Positions 60,251 through 64,000 of a stretch of DNA of 64,000 nucleotides are shown piece after piece; the first letter of the stretch is position 1; every line of letters begins with the position of its first letter. The stretch covers positions 32,001-96,000 of IMG/VR virus record IMGVR_UViG_3300045988_172778; one strand, written 5' to 3'. Under the pieces are notes generated by a model. It worked only from the letters and a program-made list of their open reading frames with translations. It did no database searches and was not told the DNA's origin. The stretch is from a virus. A program made the position numbers and the translations under genes.

Positions 60251-60821
60251 ATTTTATTCTGAATATATTTGTAATCATTATGGGAATGGCTTGTGTCATT
60301 ATTTTGAGCACTTTGGTGGTCTGCCTCAATCGTGTAATCATATAAATGATTTTGAAAATTGCATTTGTTTTGAGCCAATTGAATATGAAAAAGAGTCATT
60401 CCCTTATAGTTTAAATAGAGTGGAAGGAAAGGTACTTTTTAGGTTGTTTAAAGAATATAGAAAAGACCAAGATAAGTTAGATAAATTAGTAGAAGCATTT
60501 GAATCTTATTTATCAAATGCTGTTAAAAGTCCTGCTAATGCAGAAGGCAAATGCGATAATGAAGATACTTTATATAGAATCATAAAAGAAAGAATTGAAG
60601 ATAAGGAGGAACCATATCCTTCTACTTTAAAATATGATAAAGTAGAAACTGTGAAACTAATGCCTGATAATGGTATAGATAAAAGAGCTTTAACAATTCA
60701 AAACTGTGATAAAATTATTCTAAAACCAAAAAGTCTTGAAGTAGAAGTTAAAATTGAAAAAGATAATTTTGATGATTTTGATTATATTATTATAAATGAA
60801 CATAAGTTTAAGAGGATATAA
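60240..60821 (+). CDS. MKCKFYSE Cys-module protein
   Basis: ATG at 60240 (the track start at 60213 lies inside the upstream gene). MKCKFYSEYICNHYGNGLCHYFEHFGGLPQSCNHINDFENCICFEPIEYEKE. Confidence 0.55.
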   Translation: MKCKFYSEYICNHYGNGLCHYFEHFGGLPQSCNHINDFENCICFEPIEYEKESFPYSLNRVEGKVLFRLFKEYRKDQDKLDKLVEAFESYLSNAVKSPANAEGKCDNEDTLYRIIKERIEDKEEPYPSTLKYDKVETVKLMPDNGIDKRALTIQNCDKIILKPKSLEVEVKIEKDNFDDFDYIIINEHKFKRI

Positions 60822-60824
60822 ATT

Positions 60825-61211
60825 ATGGTTATAGAAGTTTATAGTAAAAAAGATTCTAATAATTATAGAATTTATGAAAAAGTAGTAGATGTTATTGATT
60901 TAATAGATAGAGTTCAGTTTACTGTTTATAAGCCTAATCACGAATCTTATAGGTTTGACTATGACGAATACGATTGGAGAGAATTAACTATGGATGAAGC
61001 TATAGCTCGTGGAATTTGCATTAAAGAGAATGAAAACCTTAAATACACACTAACTGTAAATGACTCTGGATATGGAATGAATTGCATAAAGTGTGAAAGA
61101 ATTATTTTTATTAAACCTAAGGCTGGAGATTCTGTAGAGTTAGATTCTAAAAAATTATCTGAACTCGATTGGATAAATATAAACGGGATTAAATTTAAGA
61201 GAGAAAAATAA
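60825..61211 (+). CDS. hypothetical protein
   Basis: 128 aa, AT-rich. Its C-terminal ..INGIKFKREK echoes ..INEHKFKRI at the end of ORF 60240. Confidence 0.45.
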   Translation: MVIEVYSKKDSNNYRIYEKVVDVIDLIDRVQFTVYKPNHESYRFDYDEYDWRELTMDEAIARGICIKENENLKYTLTVNDSGYGMNCIKCERIIFIKPKAGDSVELDSKKLSELDWININGIKFKREK

Positions 61212-61414
61212 TGTCAGATATGATAGAAAGTAAAGAAACAGAAAGATTATATAATTCTCCAGAATTTTTTACTTACAGAGAATCTATAATTGAAGAAATG
61301 AAAAATCTTAATGCAACTAAAGAAGAACTGGCTTTACTGGCTGACAATACAGTTATAAATGGATTAGTAAATAAAAGAAATCCAAAATCAGTAGCTCTTG
61401 CCGTTCTACAATAA
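61211..61414 (+). CDS. hypothetical small protein
   Basis: 67 aa, with an ATG overlapping the upstream stop. Confidence 0.45.
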   Translation: MSDMIESKETERLYNSPEFFTYRESIIEEMKNLNATKEELALLADNTVINGLVNKRNPKSVALAVLQ

Positions 61415-61440
61415 AAGATTTAAGGAGAAGGATTAAATAT

Positions 61441-61716
61441 ATGAAAATTCTAATAAATAAAACTTATCAACCTTTTTATAATGCTGTGCCTCAAGAATTT
61501 TATGATGCGTATAATATAACTGGTGTAGACCAACTTTGTTTAAGCAGAAAAGATCCAAGATTGATTAAATGGTTGGAGGATCACCCAGAGCAACAGCATC
61601 GCACTATTTGGGTAGAAGAAGTTCCAAAAGGGACTAAATATAGAATTGTTGTATTAGAAAGTGGTTGCGAAGATATTGAATGTTTTGATGACATTGTGTG
61701 GGAAATTGCAGATTAA
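61441..61716 (+). CDS. hypothetical small protein
   Basis: 91 aa with RBS AAGGAGAAGG. Confidence 0.45.
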   Translation: MKILINKTYQPFYNAVPQEFYDAYNITGVDQLCLSRKDPRLIKWLEDHPEQQHRTIWVEEVPKGTKYRIVVLESGCEDIECFDDIVWEIAD

Positions 61717-61732
61717 TAGGAGGATTGAATAT

Positions 61733-62182
61733 ATGAAATGCAAGTTTTATTCGGAAGAGATAGGCAAATGCTTATTTGATGGACCACCAGATGATTGTCC
61801 TTTTGAAAATAATGAAGATAATTGCGCTTGTTTTGAACCCAAAATGATTGAATACGGAAGCAGCGACGTGCATAATGACGAAGACGAGTTTTACAAGAAA
61901 TATTGCAGAGGATGCAGTTCGTTGGTGTGCAGTGGCGTCAGAGATACGATCGCAAGAGAGGGTTGTAGATATTATCGGCATGAAATGAAGAAAGAAACTC
62001 CCGACAATTTGCCTTTACCCGAAGGCGTCATACCACTCAAGGGCTACAAAATCGCATTGCCGAAATATTCCGCAAGGATTTCAATTGGCAGTTTGCAAAT
62101 AAATTTAACTGACAAAACGTTCACCGAAGAGCAAATCAAAAATATGAAAGAAATGCTTGGTTGGGAGGTTGAAAACTTATAA
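61733..62182 (+). CDS. MKCKFYSE Cys-module protein, second copy
   Basis: ATG at 61733 behind TAGGAGG. MKCKFYSEEIGKCLFDGPPDDCPFENNEDNCACFEPKMIEYG, then a CRGC..C..C cluster. Confidence 0.55.
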   Translation: MKCKFYSEEIGKCLFDGPPDDCPFENNEDNCACFEPKMIEYGSSDVHNDEDEFYKKYCRGCSSLVCSGVRDTIAREGCRYYRHEMKKETPDNLPLPEGVIPLKGYKIALPKYSARISIGSLQINLTDKTFTEEQIKNMKEMLGWEVENL

Positions 62183-62547
62183 TGGAAATTTTGCGAGTGA
62201 TATTTTTCATACAAGCAGGAGTAACTATTTCTCTTTCCGTTGGATTGATAACAGAAGGTATTTCGTCAGGTAAATTTGGAATTTTAAATTTACTTGTGAG
62301 ATCGACGGTTTTGAATAAATTTGGAAAAATTTTTTCAATTATATTATATGTACTTATTAGCCCGTTTTGGGCGATAGTGGATACATTGTGGCTTACAATG
62401 ACATATAAGAAGGATAATGTAAAATGCAATAACTGCGGGGAAAGTTTTTATGCAAAAACCGCTGAGAAGGCACCCGCCATTACGGGTGTTGCAAAATGTC
62501 CTCATTGTGGTGAGTTTAATGTGATAGATAAAGGAGAGCAAAAATGA
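62182..62547 (+). CDS. membrane protein with a C-terminal zinc ribbon
   Basis: 121 aa with 2-3 hydrophobic helices, then CNNCG..CPHCG. Confidence 0.5.
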   Translation: MEILRVIFFIQAGVTISLSVGLITEGISSGKFGILNLLVRSTVLNKFGKIFSIILYVLISPFWAIVDTLWLTMTYKKDNVKCNNCGESFYAKTAEKAPAITGVAKCPHCGEFNVIDKGEQK

Positions 62548-62657
62548 GATTGGAGCTTGCGAGATATTCTATTAGTTATTACTTTACAGAAAGCGAACTT
62601 GAAAAGGTACGTGCTGAGATTAATTATGCTCTCCGCGTTGCAGATAATGATGAATAA
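62544..62657 (+). CDS. small ORF (37 aa), below the track threshold
   Basis: ATG behind AAAGGAGAG, overlapping the upstream stop. MRLELARYSISYYFTESELEKVRAEINYALRVADNDE. Confidence 0.35.
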   Translation: MRLELARYSISYYFTESELEKVRAEINYALRVADNDE

Positions 62658-62671
62658 AAGAGGTGTTTTAT

Positions 62672-62851
62672 ATGAAATTAGAACCGATATACAACAGATG
62701 CACAACCGTTTCCACTGCGATGAAAGTTTGTCACTTAAAGGCGATTTTAGAAGATTTGCCCGACGATATGCCTGTGGTAATTCCCGCTCGCGTCGATGAA
62801 AATTACCACATTTTGACAAATTGTGTCGCAAATTCAACATTCTGTACTTGA
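62672..62851 (+). CDS. hypothetical small protein
   Basis: ATG at 62672 behind AGAGGTG. 59 aa. Its 3' end overlaps the opening of the long terminal ORF. Confidence 0.45.
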   Translation: MKLEPIYNRCTTVSTAMKVCHLKAILEDLPDDMPVVIPARVDENYHILTNCVANSTFCT

Positions 62852-64000
62852 AGATGAGCCTGTAAAAAGAATTGCGTTATTGAAATCTTTTACGACCCAA
62901 AATATTAAAATTGTAACAGAAGAAGAGGCTAAAGATGTTGTTTTAGGAGCAGTAAAAGATTTTTGCGCGTCTTCTCGCCCGCTTAGTTCTGATAGTTTCA
63001 ATTTGGTTGTTTCGGCGATTAACGAATATAATTTTATTCCCGAAACCAAATCTTCGAATACCGCGATTGGTTTGCTTATAGAGACAAGAAGAGTTGAGTT
63101 TTCCAACCAGTTAAAACTTAATGAATTTCCAAAAGTGGTTGAAGAATTGAATTATCGGTGTTATGAAAATAAAAACGTAAAAAAACTTAACTTAAAGAAT
63201 AAAGATAGAAAATTCTTGATTTCGATTCTCGATAAAATGTTATCTCGCGAGATCACTGTTTCTGATTTAATTTTATGTTTAGAAAAGAGAAAAATCTGGA
63301 AAGGGATTTTACATCATTTGCACTATTCTAATAAGCTTTTACAGAATTATATATATAACGATTCCCTCTCGTCTTTTATGGGCGTGTTCGAGCGTAAAAT
63401 AGAGAGTTGTTCTTTTGTTGAAACGATAAAGTGTTTAGATGCGCAAAAAGGTCCTGCGGCAGTTATCAGAAATTTAGATTATATAATTTCTCGATATAAG
63501 GATATTTCACGTCAAGAAATGTTCAAAATACTTATGCCCATTATCGATAAGACGAATAACGTTGTTCTTCTTCAGATGATAAATCATTATAACAACTTTG
63601 AAAGAGACAGGAGATTTTATTCGTTTTCAAAGTTCGGGCTCAAAAAGAACCATTCTCAAACCGATAAAGAAATGGCGGTTTGCCAAACAAGTAGAATCCC
63701 TGAAAACATTATTGATTGGCTTAAAGGGTGGTTTATGGCTGCTTTAGCCGCAAACATGAGGGAGTTGAATGTAGACAAGGTTTATATCGATCCTGTATTT
63801 AAAAAGATTGCCCCTCCCTTAGATATGGCAGCAATGAATGGAGGCACTGGTGTTTTGCCCGCTGGCTCGAGGCTTTCAATACCCGAAGGCGCAGTTGTTC
63901 GTGCATTTACTTATTGGGAAAAAGTCAACGATATTGATTTATCAGCTTTTCTTTGCGATGACAATATGAAAAAAATTGAAGAATTTAGCTGGCGTAGTTA
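62823..64000 (+). CDS. large ORF running off the window end (not in the track), start unresolved
   Basis: Frame 0 is open from 62817 to base 64000 (>390 codons: ..LEDEPVKRIALLKSF...VRAFTYWEKVNDIDLSAFLCDDN..). The only early start is a GTG at 62823 without an RBS, and the first ATG is ~63235. The last ~35 aa resemble the beginning of a TerD-like domain. Confidence 0.5.
   Translation, partial: MSQIQHSVLEDEPVKRIALLKSFTTQNIKIVTEEEAKDVVLGAVKDFCASSRPLSSDSFNLVVSAINEYNFIPETKSSNTAIGLLIETRRVEFSNQLKLNEFPKVVEELNYRCYENKNVKKLNLKNKDRKFLISILDKMLSREITVSDLILCLEKRKIWKGILHHLHYSNKLLQNYIYNDSLSSFMGVFERKIESCSFVETIKCLDAQKGPAAVIRNLDYIISRYKDISRQEMFKILMPIIDKTNNVVLLQMINHYNNFERDRRFYSFSKFGLKKNHSQTDKEMAVCQTSRIPENIIDWLKGWFMAALAANMRELNVDKVYIDPVFKKIAPPLDMAAMNGGTGVLPAGSRLSIPEGAVVRAFTYWEKVNDIDLSAFLCDDNMKKIEEFSWRS

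Overview
This window is a contiguous 64-kb stretch of a tailed dsDNA phage genome. Every credible gene is on the + strand. Strong AGGAGG-type ribosome-binding sites, extended -10 promoters (TGnTATAAT) and about 40 % GC point to a Firmicutes-type host. From 1 to about 50.1 kb lies a late/structural block: portal candidate, protease/scaffold, major capsid, connector-size genes and a major-tail-like gene. It is followed by a ~16-kb arsenal of paralogous fibre genes, four of them with collagen-like GXY tracts. A tyrosine recombinase is embedded in this fibre operon, and two fibre ORFs are broken at homopolymers. Next comes a giant tape-measure gene that I read as three exons (9393 nt, 3130 codons). 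It is split by two related group-I-like introns, each carrying a PD-(D/E)XK-type homing endonuclease, and is followed by four tail-tip genes. From 50.1 kb to the end lies an early block of about 35 small genes. It is driven by four near-consensus sigma-A promoters, two of which overlap the preceding terminator hairpin. This block includes a TOPRIM primase, a GT2+TPR glycosyltransferase, a receiver-like (cREC-type) protein, an SPFH/prohibitin protein and a shuffled family of Cys-rich proteins. A fifth consensus promoter drives a free-standing homing endonuclease just after the capsid gene. I saw no rRNA, tRNA, CRISPR array, reverse transcriptase, terminase or endolysin in the window. All functional calls rest on motifs recognised by eye, gene order and size. 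No database search was possible, so family names are hypotheses.
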